From: Ruditapes philippinarum
Lineage: Eukaryota
Length of the DNA: 64,000 nt
Assembly (NCBI RefSeq): GCF_026571515.1
Contig: NW_026859403.1
Location: forward strand, 1 to 64,000
Direction: 5' to 3'
Shown here: piece by piece, positions 1 through 11,040 of the stretch
Position numbering within the stretch: position 1 is the stretch's first letter
Layout: the number at the start of each line of letters is the position of its first letter
Position numbers and translations under genes: made by a program
Notes under the pieces: model-generated
Told to the model about the DNA's origin: nothing
What the model saw: only the letters and a program-made list of their open reading frames with translations
Database searches by the model: none

Positions 1-1365
1 GTTACAGTTTGAATCAGAAATGTGGCAAGTTTAAATTGTCAGAATCAGTTTGGCGCTCGAAATCAGATTCGGAAAAAACATTGTTAACAATTAAAAATGT
101 CTGAACGTGACAAGTGAAATTGAGTAACTAACACATATTTCGTCAGGTGGTGAGTACACTATTGGTCATACACCAGCTGTGGCCAAAAGACCCGTCTTAC
201 AGTAACAAGAACAATCACACAAAGGGAGTGAACCTGTTAAATTATTCTGTTAGAAACAATTAACATCTCGCACCATCGCACTTAAATGCACCTTTAAGGG
301 AAATAAAAACATCACTGACTGATGTATCTCTATTTTTATGTATTTGTGTATAGATAGTGTAGCAATCGAAAGATTAGATGGTCACAATGCACACATGTTC
401 GAGCTAGCCTAGATCAACACTTTCGACATATAAGAACAATGTGATTCATCATGCTATGTTAATATATAAATCTTTTGACATGTTAATGCGCATAAGTGTT
501 CATATTTATTTTGTCATGATCTCGGTAAATGATAAATTAATTTCGGAAAATTAGCAACACAATGCATTCATTCAGTTTTGCCGCCATTCAACCGCTTCAT
601 TTATTTATCTAAATTAAATGCCACTGCATTCAATTAAAATTTGTTTTCATGAAGTCGAAAGCGAACCAGCATAGACGGCAGGATAAGCTTCTTCAAGATG
701 TGCGCACATTGCATGAAACAATTCCCAAGCTCGAGTCTCAGTATTATCGAGCGTCTTTAAGTAACGTGTATTTTGAGCCTCTTTTTCCACATGTTAAGTT
801 CACTATCTAAGGTGTATCTGAAATATTGTAAGGATAAAAATTAATGAAGCATCACCTGTTGCTCTTACCAGGCCGGTAACATCAATGAGAAATGTTAACA
901 AAATACATATTCTACGGGAAAGCACTGCTCGTACAAAGAAAGAGCTGTGCTGATACGTAAAAGGCAAATAATGACCCATCAAACAAAGTAATTAAAATGG
1001 ACCTGCAGTCATTTTACGGTGCCCCAAATAAAACGCACATGTCTTGTATTTTAAGACGAAACTCACTTGTCATAACTTGACACTCATGGATAGAAATTAA
1101 AACAGAAGTACACTGCTACTTTTAGAATGAAAGACAAAAGCTTATTCGTTTGCATCGTTTATAGCTGATAATAATGAATATGGTATCAGAATCAACACTG
1201 ATGTGAAACATAATTATTTTGTTGTATATTGATTGGTGAAAGTATCAAAACAGGTTTTGTTCAATTATTCATACCACATTTGTAGAAATAACACAAACGG
1301 GGACATATACAGATAGATGTACACTCGCTTTACAGTGTCATCGAGAGAAAACTTGAATGCTTTAG

Positions 1366-1585
1366 TACTTCACTTCAGTTATATTTTTCTCGTCCTTTGG
1401 GATCATTGATGCAAGCACAAGTGTTGAGAAATGAGTACCACTCAAGCCGTTGGTAAGGGGCGTGAGGGATGTTGCACTTATTCATTATCCCTCATGTACA
1501 GGCTCAATCAAACCGAGTCTGCAATTTTCATATAATTTTGTTATGATTAATGCTTCCGAGGTATCACTTTGATTACAGATTTTTA
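1366..1585 (+). mobile_element. Small non-coding interspersed repeat, family Y (structured module), diverged copy
   Basis: Aligns by eye with 6853-6990 and 8158-8391 and shares the 3' end gatcactttg...cagattttt. Confidence 0.8.
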
Positions 1586-1794
1586 AACATAAAAGTGTGT
1601 GTTTCCCAAACCTATTTATTACATGCTTTTGTGGTTATAGGTATAGCAGGAAAACTTATTTAGGTCTTTTTTCTTTGTCTATTTTGGTAATTTCCATTTA
1701 ATATATCAGTAATTTAAGTCTTTTCTCTTAAGTCTAATTTATAATTTGTCATTGCATGTATCAATTCATCCCAGCGATTTCCTCAACAGTTGCT

Positions 1795-1950
1795 TTGGAT
1801 TATTTCATGTATGGCAGCTAGCTCACGGGACGTTGGTAGTTCTACCAAGGTCATAGTGAATAATGCATGAGGAAGCCCAGGTATTCCATCACCAGCAAGC
1901 GCACCAAATGACATCTACTATTGTGGTAAGATGTAAAACCTAACCAAACA
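1795..1950 (+). mobile_element. Degenerate copy of SINE family A (body and tail)
   Basis: cagctagctcacgggacgttggtagttctacc...aataatgca...gtaaaacctaaccaaac resembles the reverse complement of 10587-10860. Confidence 0.6.
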
Positions 1951-2446
1951 ATAATCTTAATGTCATATGATAGCATGATATTATGCTTGTACATGTATTA
2001 AGTTTAAATGTTCGTTTATATTGAAACCAACTGACCCCGCCTATCATGTAAAAAATCGATTTTGATTAAGGCAAATAATCCAGTATATCAGAGATTTAGC
2101 AAAATATAGTCCATATGTACATAACATGTTTACTTGAAGATTCTGCTATTCGTACTGCATTGAATAATAATTCATTCATATTAAACCTATTTCATTAATA
2201 TACGCTTTTTACATATTTAGAAGAATTGCCAGCGTTTCTAGACTCTATAACAGGATACAATTAGCTGAATTCATTAATTACATGTGTTACCTACAGACAG
2301 AAATTTACGGTTGAATTATGCATTATTTTAAAAAAAAGACCAAATTATTCAATAATCACATGTATGTAATTCGCTTGATTAAAACGACATATCCTAGTTT
2401 TGAAATGCGTTTACTTACACAAGATATACAAGACTAAGAACTTAAA

Positions 2447-3058
2447 AAAATATGATAAACAAGATCAACAAGGAAAGGCGGCGTTCAATAAACGCAACAA
2501 ATACACGATCCAGCAACAAGACAGTGGCAAGGAGTCCAGGAGGACCCAAAACAAAAACAGGACAGGGCACAAGGTAGAGCATGGGCAGGTTAATCTCTAA
2601 AATCATACACAAGAAGAAATAATTAGAGTCAAAGAAAAAAATAAATGATTGAATAATAGGCCCATACGGGCACATATGAAGGGGACAGGAGACCGGGGGA
2701 TAAATTAAAGAAATAAAAACTAGGGGCAAAGGGGAAGATACTTTCCGTAGACGAGAAAACAAAAAGGGACCCAAAAGTGTCACCATAACAGTATGCAATA
2801 ACGAAATAGAAAAAACAGAATCCCTAAAGATCTTCAAGTCCAACACAACAAAATTGAAAATGTTGCAGGCTCGGTATGATTGAGTCTGTTCATGGACGGT
2901 ACTGAAAAGTGCAAGTTACCGTCCATGCCCCCTAGCACCGGCTTAAAAAGACATACATATGTGGAACACAGAGGGGCACCGCCTTTGAACGGTCAGCTGC
3001 ATAAGTACTGCTGGGGAGTTTAAACAGGTTATTGGTTTACCAAACCTCACTCTCAGAC
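2447..3058 (-). mobile_element. Interspersed repeat family X, interrupted by a family Z insertion (2804-2946)
   Basis: Reverse complement matches 8786-9249 (gaggtttgg...ctgaccgttc[c/a]aaggcgg...ctttccttgttgatcttgtttatcat). The 8786 copy lacks the Z segment. Confidence 0.8.
2804..2946 (-). mobile_element. Family Z structured small element nested in X
   Basis: Matches 7206-7350, 10906-11040 and 19623-19699. Confidence 0.8.
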
Positions 3059-3299
3059 ATATTATGTACATAACTGGCGTACTGTGGTATTTTCCGCGGT
3101 TCCTTAATCCGTAGATTGATTTTAAAAGTATTCAATTAAGAATAGTTTTAACGTGAATTTCAGTGAGTCATGTTGACATAACTCATACGAAAATTATTTA
3201 TCAGGACATGCCTGCATGTTATTCATAATTACCTTAGGATTAAAACAAGGTTGTCTGGCCGGCCCGATACTTTTCTCTTTCTATATAAGATGAAAGTGG

Positions 3300-3570
3300 C
3301 ATAAGAGGAATTCAATTACACCCATCTGAGACACAACTTTTATCATTAATGTTTGAAGATGATATTGCTCTTCTTTCTGATAGTTTCTGGCTTATAAAAG
3401 CAGTTAGACACTTTGTCAACTTTTTGCGATATATAGTAATTTTAAATGAATGAAAGTAAAACAAAAATAGTTGGGTTTATTTTTAAATGGCGATACCATA
3501 GCTAAAATTGAAAATTGGACTTATAGAAACAAACGGATTGAGGTTGTCAAAGCTTTTAGTTATTAGTAGT
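3300..3570 (+). pseudogene. Decayed LINE reverse transcriptase fragment
   Basis: Translates as LSLMFEDDIALLSDS (decayed F/YADD motif), followed by KQLDTL...NESKTKIV...WTYRNKRIEVV across frameshifts. Confidence 0.75.
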
Positions 3571-3865
3571 TCTTTAAGCCCTTTGGGACTGAATTGTCTT
3601 AGTGTTCGTCTTCTATCTTGCTTCGTCGGGCCCTTGTAGGTGATTTTCTTGTTACTTTTGTTATAGTCATTACGTTTAGTTTTATATGTATCTACATGAA
3701 TATTTCTATGTTTTACTTATTTCACTTTTTGTAACCATAACAATTGTTAGAATTTCGCTTGGCGGGAATTCATTTTATTTACAATAGCTCGTTCAAAAGC
3801 AACATTTTTGGGCTAAGAGTGAAGTTTGGTGCACAAACTTGTTTCTCTCTATTGTAACACCCGAG

Positions 3866-4076
3866 TTGTTTGTTTCATTTTACGCCTTTTCCCAACAGTA
3901 TTTCAGTCATATAGGCGGGTAGTTTCCTAACCACCGTTCCTGGAGAGTTACACCAGCACTAGACTACCTTGCTTCGTGCTAAACTACCAAAGCATCTCCC
4001 GGGGATCGAACCCACGCCATATAGGTAACTGGGTTTGAAGTCATCGACTATAACCCCTCGACCACGGAGGCGGTCA
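3866..4076 (-). mobile_element. tRNA-derived SINE family B, full length
   Basis: A box TGGTCGAGGGG, B box GGTTCGATCCC and (AAAC)n tail. Flanked by a 12-bp TSD GTAACAYCCGAG (3854-3865 / 4077-4088). Second copy at 12140-12304. Confidence 0.9.
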
Positions 4077-4092
4077 GTAACATCCGAGCCCC

Positions 4093-4292
4093 AAAATATG
4101 ATAAACAAGGAAAGTCGGCGTTCAATGAACGTTGCTATTGCCTTGTTGATCTTATTTTGTTTTTTAGCCATCTCTCCGTGCTCTCCCTGTTTTTGTTTGG
4201 GGTCCTCCTGGTCTCCTTGCCGCTCGTTCTTGTTGCTGGGTCGTGTTGGGGTTGCGTTCAATGAACGCCGCCTTTCCCTGTTGATTTTTTAA
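4093..4292. mobile_element. Family X 3'-end fragments in inverted plus direct arrangement
   Basis: 4093-4131 is the reverse complement of the X 3' end. 4140-4292 contains forward X 3'-end sequence including GCGTTCAATGAACGC. Confidence 0.7.
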
Positions 4293-4300
4293 TCCTATTT

Positions 4301-4443
4301 TAGCCGTAAAAAGTTGCCCCGCACTTCACGTCAGTATTGTAATATTTTTCTGGTCCTTCGAGATCATTGATTCCAGCACTAAGTATTGACCAGCACTAAG
4401 TATTGAGAATGAATGAAGTACTGCTCAAGCAGGTGATAGGGGC
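4301..4443 (+). mobile_element. Family Y 5' portion
   Basis: gtaaaaagttgccc...gatcattgattccagcact...ctcaagc matches 8165-8270 and carries a short internal duplication (ccagcactaagtattga x2). Confidence 0.7.
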
Positions 4444-4600
4444 TAAGTTTTCGTCATCTGCTGTGATGCTCGGGAATTCTTTGCGGTTATATCATTTGTT
4501 TCCTTAAGGAGTTACGTTTCCTTGATGCTTACTGATTTGTTCAAACTAAGCTGCCTACATTACTGGGTCATATAACTTAATAGACCACTTTGTCAAATAC

Positions 4601-6420
4601 AACTAGAACTATCACTAAATGTGATTAATACCCCCCACAAGACTGCTTCGGAAATGAGGATGTTACTAGTAACAGAATACCTTGTAAAAGAATTGAAATA
4701 TAGAGTTATGGTTGTGGGCAATTAAAGATAGTTGTGGTTCTTGTATATTGCATTTCCTTTCAATGTGGTTGGCCATTGATGAAGTTTTATTGAATTACTC
4801 TGTAATAAGTCCAGAAAGACAAAGAAAAGGAACAAAGGGCAATAACTCTATAAATACTGAAGATGTAGTTATAGTTCTTGTGCACTGCACTTCCTCTTTT
4901 TGTGCTTGACCATTGTATGAAGTTGTTTTGAATTTCAACCAGTATGTTTTAAGTTATGCTCCGGACAAGGAAAAGTATCAAAGGGCAGTAACTCTGTATT
5001 TTGTCAAAATGGAGTTATGGCTCTTATGCACTGCACTTCCTTTTAATGTCCTTGACAACTGTATGAAGTTGTATTGAATTCCAAACAGTAGTTTTCAAGT
5101 TATGCTCTGGACAAGGAAAAGTAACAAAGGGCAATAACTCTGTAATTAGTCAAGATGGAGTTATGGTTCTTGTGCACTGCACTTCCTCTCAATGTGCTTG
5201 ACCATTGTATGAAGTTATATTGAATTCCAACCATTAGTCTTCAAGTTATGCTCCGGAAAAAAAAGCAATGGAAAAGTAACAAAGGGCAGTAACTCTGTAT
5301 TAGTCAAGATGGAGTTATGGTTCTTGTGCACTGCACTTCCTCTCAATGTGCTTGACCATTGTATGAAGTTATAATGAATTCCAACAATTAGTCTTCAAGT
5401 TATACTCCGGACAAAAGAAAGCAATGGAAAAGTAACAAAGGGCAATAACTCTGTAATTACTTTAGATAGAGTTATGGTTCTTATGCACTGCACTCCTCCT
5501 TACTGTGTTTGACAATTGTATGAAGTTGTTTTGAATTCCAACCAGTAATTTTCAAGTTATGCCCCGGACAAGGAAAAGTAACAAAGGGCAATAACTCTGT
5601 AATTAGTCAAGATAGAGTTATGGTTCTTGTGCACTGCACTTCCTCTCAATGTGCTTGACCATTGTATGTAGTTATATTGAATTCCAACCATTAGTCTTCA
5701 AGTTATGGTCCGGACAAAAGAAAGCAATGGAAAAGTAACAAAGGGCAATAACTCTGTAATTACTTTAGATAGAGTTATGGTTCTTGTGCACTGCACTTCC
5801 CCTTATTGTGTTTGACAATTGTATGAAATTGTTTTGAATTCCGACCAGTAGTGTTCAAGTTATGCCCCGGACAAGGAAAAGTAACAAAGGGCAATAACTC
5901 TGTAATTAGTCAAGATAGAGTTATGGTTCTTGTGCACTGCACTTCCTCTCAATGTGCTTGACCATTGTATGTAGTTATATTGAATTCCAACCATTAGTCT
6001 TCAAGTTATGGTCCGGACAAAAGAAAGCAATGGAAAAGTAACAAAGGGCAATAACTCTGTAATTACTTTAGATAGAGTTATGGTTCTTGTGCACTGCACT
6101 TCCCCTTATTGTGTTTGACAATTGTATGAAATTGTTTTGAATTCCAACCAGTAGTGTTCAAGTTATGCCCCGGACAAGGAAAAGTAACAAAGGGCAATAA
6201 CTCTGTAATTAGTCAAGATAGAGTTATGGTTCTTGTGCACTGCACTTCCTCTCAATGTGCTTGACCATTGTATGTAGTTATATTGAATTCCAACCATTAG
6301 TCTTCAAGTTATGGTCCGGACAAGGAAAATGCAACGGACGTCTGGACCGACCGCCCGACCGACCACCGGGTGACTCCTATATACCCCCCCCCCCAAACTT
6401 CGTTTTTGGGGGTATAAAAA
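4601..6420 (-). mobile_element. Non-autonomous Helentron/Helitron2-type element (DINE-1/pearl-like) with internal satellite array
   Basis: One end has a TATACCCCC...GGGGGTATA hairpin followed by an A-run (6378-6420) next to a (GACC)n microsatellite. The other end (AACTAGAACTATCAC...GTGAT..ATACCCCC) matches the terminus at 18020-18058 in reverse complement. Confidence 0.88.
4835..6330. repeat. Tandem array of ~10 units of 146/155-157 bp
   Basis: AAGGGC(A/G)ATAACTC-type anchors at 4835, 4981, 5127, 5282, 5438, 5584, 5741, 5887, 6044 and 6190. Confidence 0.95.
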
Positions 6421-6852
6421 TGGAAATCAGAGATTACATTTGAATGTGAACAAATTTATGCCAACTATATTTTTGTTAGCTATTTACCGTTTTACTTAAA
6501 CTCGAAACGTCCATTGTTTTCTCATACGCACTTGAACGTCTTTTTCAATAGCCGCAACAATGTATTTTGTATCATTTCTTTTGTTAGTACAAATGACACT
6601 AACAGCGATATACCAAAGCAAGAAAATACTACTTTTGTTATTGTTACTAGTAGTCTAATATATCTAATAATAAAAATATGTGCCAGTAGTAGCTAACAGA
6701 ACAGGATCGGCTGTGTTATTTGTAAGATATTGAAGCATATGTCAAGGAATCATTCATTGTGATATCTACCTGACAAATTATTAAAATCAAATTTGAAATG
6801 GAAGTGTTTGTTTTCGCTTCTTTCACGTCATCATTTCATTTTTCATTTTCTC

Positions 6853-6990
6853 GCCGGTGCTAGGGGGCGTGAGGGATGTTGCACTTATACAGTATCCCTC
6901 ATGTACAGACTCAATCAAACCGAGTCTGCAATTCTTATGTAATTTTGTTGTGATTAATGCTTCCGAGGGATCACTTTGTTTCCAGATTTT
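6853..6990 (+). mobile_element. Family Y, 5'-truncated copy
   Basis: Stems TGAGGGAT/ATCCCTCA (6870-6877/6894-6901) and CAGACTC/GAGTCTG (6906-6912/6922-6928). Confidence 0.85.
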
Positions 6991-7205
6991 TTTTTTGCTC
7001 TAATTCCTCATGAACTAAAGCTGTACAGTATTTTGAAAATGTAAAACACAAGAGTGACCAATGCGATCATTCGAATAGATAAAACTTGTGTTTATTGTCT
7101 GGATTACTTGACCATTACAATGATAATATATTTTACAGTAAAAATTAGCATGGGTCTTCAAATTTAAAGAAATATAGTTATAAATTTTAACTGACTTGAT
7201 AATAA

Positions 7206-7350
7206 TAAAATAGAGATAAACAGAATCCCTAAAGAAAGCCCAACACGGCAAAATTGAAAATGTTGCAGGCTCGGTTTGATTGAGCCTGTTCATGGACGGT
7301 ACTGGAAAGTGCAAGGTACCGTCCACGCCCCCTAGCACCGGCTTAAGCAG
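7206..7350 (-). mobile_element. Family Z copy
   Basis: Stems CAGGCTC/GAGCCTG (7266-7272/7282-7288) and TGGACGGTAC/GTACCGTCCA (7293-7302/7316-7325). Confidence 0.85.
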
Positions 7351-7503
7351 AATTCAACATTAAACATGCACTTGAATTTTGAATTTTGAAACATCCGCAG
7401 ATGTGTTCATATGACGGTTATCATGGAACCTTCAATGTGACACGTAAGTGCCATTCCATGAAAAGCGGCATATAAGACCACTTTTACCAGAGCCCCAATT
7501 TAC

Positions 7504-8391
7504 AGGGATTCTGTATTTATCTATTTTATAGCTCTTTGTCCTGTCCTGTTTTTGTTTGGGGTCCGCCTGGGCTCCTTGCCATTGGTTCTTGTTGCTGGGT
7601 CATATGGGGGTTGCGTTGATTGAACGCCGCCTTTCCTTGTTATCATATTTTGTGCTCACAACCGTGTTGTTTGTGTTGTGTGGCGGCTGTAAAAAGTCTC
7701 CCCGTACATGCAATCAATGTTGTTATATTTTCATCCTCAAGGGATTGTTCGGCGTCCAGTGTCGGTGTCCCCCTCCATGTCCAGCCTTCATAGACTAATG
7801 GTTTATACCCACATTTTCCTACAAATTATTTATCATTTAATGATTTACCTGTCCGTGCTCTTTGTCCTGTCCTGTTTTTGTTTGGGGTCCGTATGGGCTC
7901 CTTGCCATTGGTTCTTGTTGCTGGGTCATATGGGGGTTGCGTTCATTGAACGCCGGCTTTCCTTGTTGATCTTGTTTATCATATTTTATAGTGTTGGGCT
8001 TTCTTTAGGGATTCTTATTTTCTCTATTTTATCCCTCATGTACAGACTCAATCAAACCGAGTCTGCAATTCTCTTGTAATTTTGTTGTGATTAATGCTTC
8101 CGAGGGATCACTTTGTTTCCAGATTTTTATACTTCACAACAGCAGGTGTCAAGTGCTGTGTGGCAGCTGTAAAAAGTTGCCCCGTTCTTCACTTCAGTGT
8201 TATATTTTTCTGGTCCTTAGGGATTATTGATTCCAGCACTGAGTACCGCTCAAGCCGGTGCTAGGGGGCGTGAGGGATGTTGCCCGTAATTATTATCCCT
8301 CATGTACAGTTTCAATCAAACCGAGTCTGCAATTCTCTTGTAATTTTGTTGTGATTAATGCTTCCGAGGGATCACTCTGTTTCCAGATTTT
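7504..8391 (+). mobile_element. Head-to-tail stack of X, Y and Z fragments
   Basis: Order: Z tail 7504-7529, X 7531-7650, Y 5' part ~7655-7750, X ~7808-7989, Z tail 7991-8030, Y 8030-8129, Y 8158-8391. All are in the same orientation. Confidence 0.8.
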
Positions 8392-8785
8392 TGATAATGT
8401 ATGTTTATATATTACCATGCTCTTCTCAAATACTGTAACCGCCGTCATATTGTTAAAGGCGACGAACATGTAATGTTAAGAATTGAAATTGAATTGTCAG
8501 CTTACCAATAAATTAAAATAAAATATATTTGTACATTTTCTTAATTGTATGGGCGGAAGGGTGGGATGTACATGAATATCTACATGTAAATACTGCCAAA
8601 AATACTTGTGTCGAGTGAAAAAGAGCGGGCAAACAGGTCTATAAATATCAGATATTCACGAAAATAACGTGAAATTCATGAGCAAAACTAAAACATCTTA
8701 AGGTGGACAGACTTAAGCAGTTATTATATCAGAAACGAGAATAATTTAATTTTATTTACACTGTCTCGTTTATAGGAACATGGTG

Positions 8786-9249
8786 GGGCTAAGAGCGAGG
8801 TTTGGTGCACCATTAACCGGTTTAAACACCCCAGCAGTCATTATTATGCTGCTGACCGTTCCAAGGCGGCGCCCCTCTGTGTTCCTCAGATGTATGTCTA
8901 TGTTGTTTCATACTGTTTTGGTGACACTTTTGCTTGTGTCCCTTGTTGTTTTCTCGTCTACGTTAAGTATCTTCTCCATTACCCCTAGTTTTTATTTCTT
9001 TGATTAACCCCCCCCCCCTTTCCCCTTTGACTTTGTGGGCCTATAATTCAATCATTTATTTGTTTTCTTTGAATTCCTAATCAGTTATAAATTATTTATC
9101 ATTTAGTGATTAACCTGTCCGTGCTCTGTCCTGTTTTTGTTTTGGGTCCGCCTGGGCTCCTTGCCACTGATTCTTTGTTGCTAGGTCATATGGGGGTTGC
9201 GTTCATTGAACGCCGCCTTTCCTTGTTGATCTTGTTTATCAGATTTTAT
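8786..9249 (+). mobile_element. Family X, longest uninterrupted copy
   Basis: Matches 2447-3058 in reverse complement. 3' hairpin GCGTTCA-T-TGAACGC and terminal ...tttatcagatttta. Confidence 0.8.
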
Positions 9250-10586
9250 GTGTCCGGTCCATGGCATCACTGCATGCCAACATCAACTATCAATCAACTG
9301 AATGACTTAAGGCCTCATAGTCGATTGTTGTTTGTTTGGTTTTACGGCACACCGACAACAATTCTGGTGAATAACGTTTTCATAATGAAGCTAAATGTAT
9401 GTTCATGAGGTATGAGACAGTATAAATCTATGCCGTGAAACAATGAAAAATGTACACTTGTGTTATTTTGTCGATGATATCACAATGAATGATTCAATGA
9501 GGAATGGGAAAGCATATCATAATGTAAACATTTTGTATAGCAATTTAATATACACTTTATTAATCATGGCATACAAATTAACAAATAATCCATTTTTGCC
9601 ATATCTTAATCCATTGGACTTGAGAATAATATTTTTTGTATAACAATAAATCAAAATAAATTTAATAAACAATAATATCCGTATCCATTCATATTAGTTT
9701 TACATCCAAAATAACATAAACAGAGTGTTTAACTTTTAAATTATTACTTCTTACTTATTGTTGATTTTGGCCTGTCAGGATATAATGAAATATATAGCCA
9801 AGTGGAATGGTTTGACGGCATACCAACACGGTTCTAGTTTTCAAAATGAAGCTTATATATGTCCATGAATAAAATGATGACGTGAAACAAGCGAAAACGT
9901 ACGCTTCCATTTCAAATTAGATTCCAACAATAAATTTATCTGGACAATTCTTTTTAAAAAGTATGAAATTGTATGTGTTATTTTGTCAATGATATCACAA
10001 TGTATGATTTTCCGGCAGATGCTTTCCCAAACAACAATTGTACTTGCATTATATTTTTTGATTGATTCATTGCAATATATGATTGTTTGTTATTTGTTTG
10101 TTTGTTCTGTTTGACACATAACTGGCCATACCGCGCCAAACACTATTATTGTTAACATAAGAAAATTAAATGGATTGAGATAGAGTAAAAGGCTTTTCAG
10201 TGTTAGTTACACGCTACCTTACGATTGACCTGAGGCCATTTTTAGTCTATCACATTTTCAAAATTTTCTTAACACATTTTCTCAAACGAAATCAAGTGTT
10301 TGAGGTCTAAATACAGCATTTTTTGCTATTTGAGGCCTCAAAAGGGGGATGAATAGGCGTTAAAAGACGTTCATATGAAGAAACAAGTTACTTACTAATT
10401 TAAATTATCTTTAAAATATGCATGTATGTTTGCCATACATTTGTTGATCCTTCTACTTTCTATCATTGTCAAGTACGAGCTACACTAACATTGTCAAAAG
10501 AGCATACGTCATAATGCAATTTGAAACAATGAATAATGTCTTGTACAAATTAGGCTTAAGGCAGTGCAAGGGAGTCATAGTTGTGT

Positions 10587-10860
10587 GTTTTTTGTGTTTT
10601 TGGTTTTACGTCACATCGACACATTATAAGTCATATCGCGATGTTCCAGCTTTACTGGTTAAGGAAGACCTCAGGTGTCACTCCGTGCATTATTTCAGGC
10701 CCGAACGGGCACCTGAGTAGAACAACCGACGTTCCGTAAGCTAGCTTGATAGCTTCCTCACAGGACAGAATCCAAAGTCCCTGTCGGGATTCGAACCCAT
10801 AGCAGTGAGGGACAAGTGGTTTGAAGTCAACGACCTTAACCACGCGGCCACGGACGCCCC
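10587..10860 (-). mobile_element. tRNA(Ser)-derived SINE family A, full length (body reminiscent of molluscan V-SINE-type elements; family assignment tentative)
   Basis: Head GTGGCCGCGTGGTTAAGG (A box) and GGTTCGAATCC (B box), with an AC-rich tail. 10-bp TSD ATAGTTGTGT at 10577-10586 and 10861-10870. Confidence 0.92.
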
Positions 10861-10905
10861 ATAGTTGTGTTTAGGTAACAATCGATCGATAAGGTCGATG
10901 TGCTT

Positions 10906-11040
10906 AAAAAAAGAGAAATAAAGAATCTCTTAGGAACGCACAAAACGACTAAATTGTAAATGTTGCAGGCTCGGTTTGATGGAGCTTGTCGGAAAGTGCA
11001 AGTTACTGTCAACGCCCCTTAACACCGGTTTAAGCAGTTT
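10906..11040 (-). mobile_element. Family Z, diverged copy
   Basis: aatgttgcaggctcggtttgat...gtgcaagttactgtcaacgcccct..caccggtttaagcag. Confidence 0.7.

Noticed and set aside
4366-4443. SECIS-like hairpin in family Y (TGA-10 nt-AA-ministem), tempting because some clam Naiads encode selenoproteins
   Set aside because: The 5' core is TTGA rather than RTGA, the 3' GA of the quartet is absent, and the AA is not conserved across copies.
4835-6330. Regular repeats resembling a CRISPR array
   Set aside because: Units are contiguous 146-157 bp monomers with no unique spacers, there are no cas genes, and the context is eukaryotic.
2442-9408. Recurrent ORFs containing 'ERRLSLL'
   Set aside because: They are translations of the non-coding X repeat, mostly with non-ATG starts and inconsistent frames and lengths.
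10775-10860. tRNA gene (Ser/Sec)
   Set aside because: Acceptor and anticodon stems do not pair, and the sequence continues into a SINE body flanked by a TSD.
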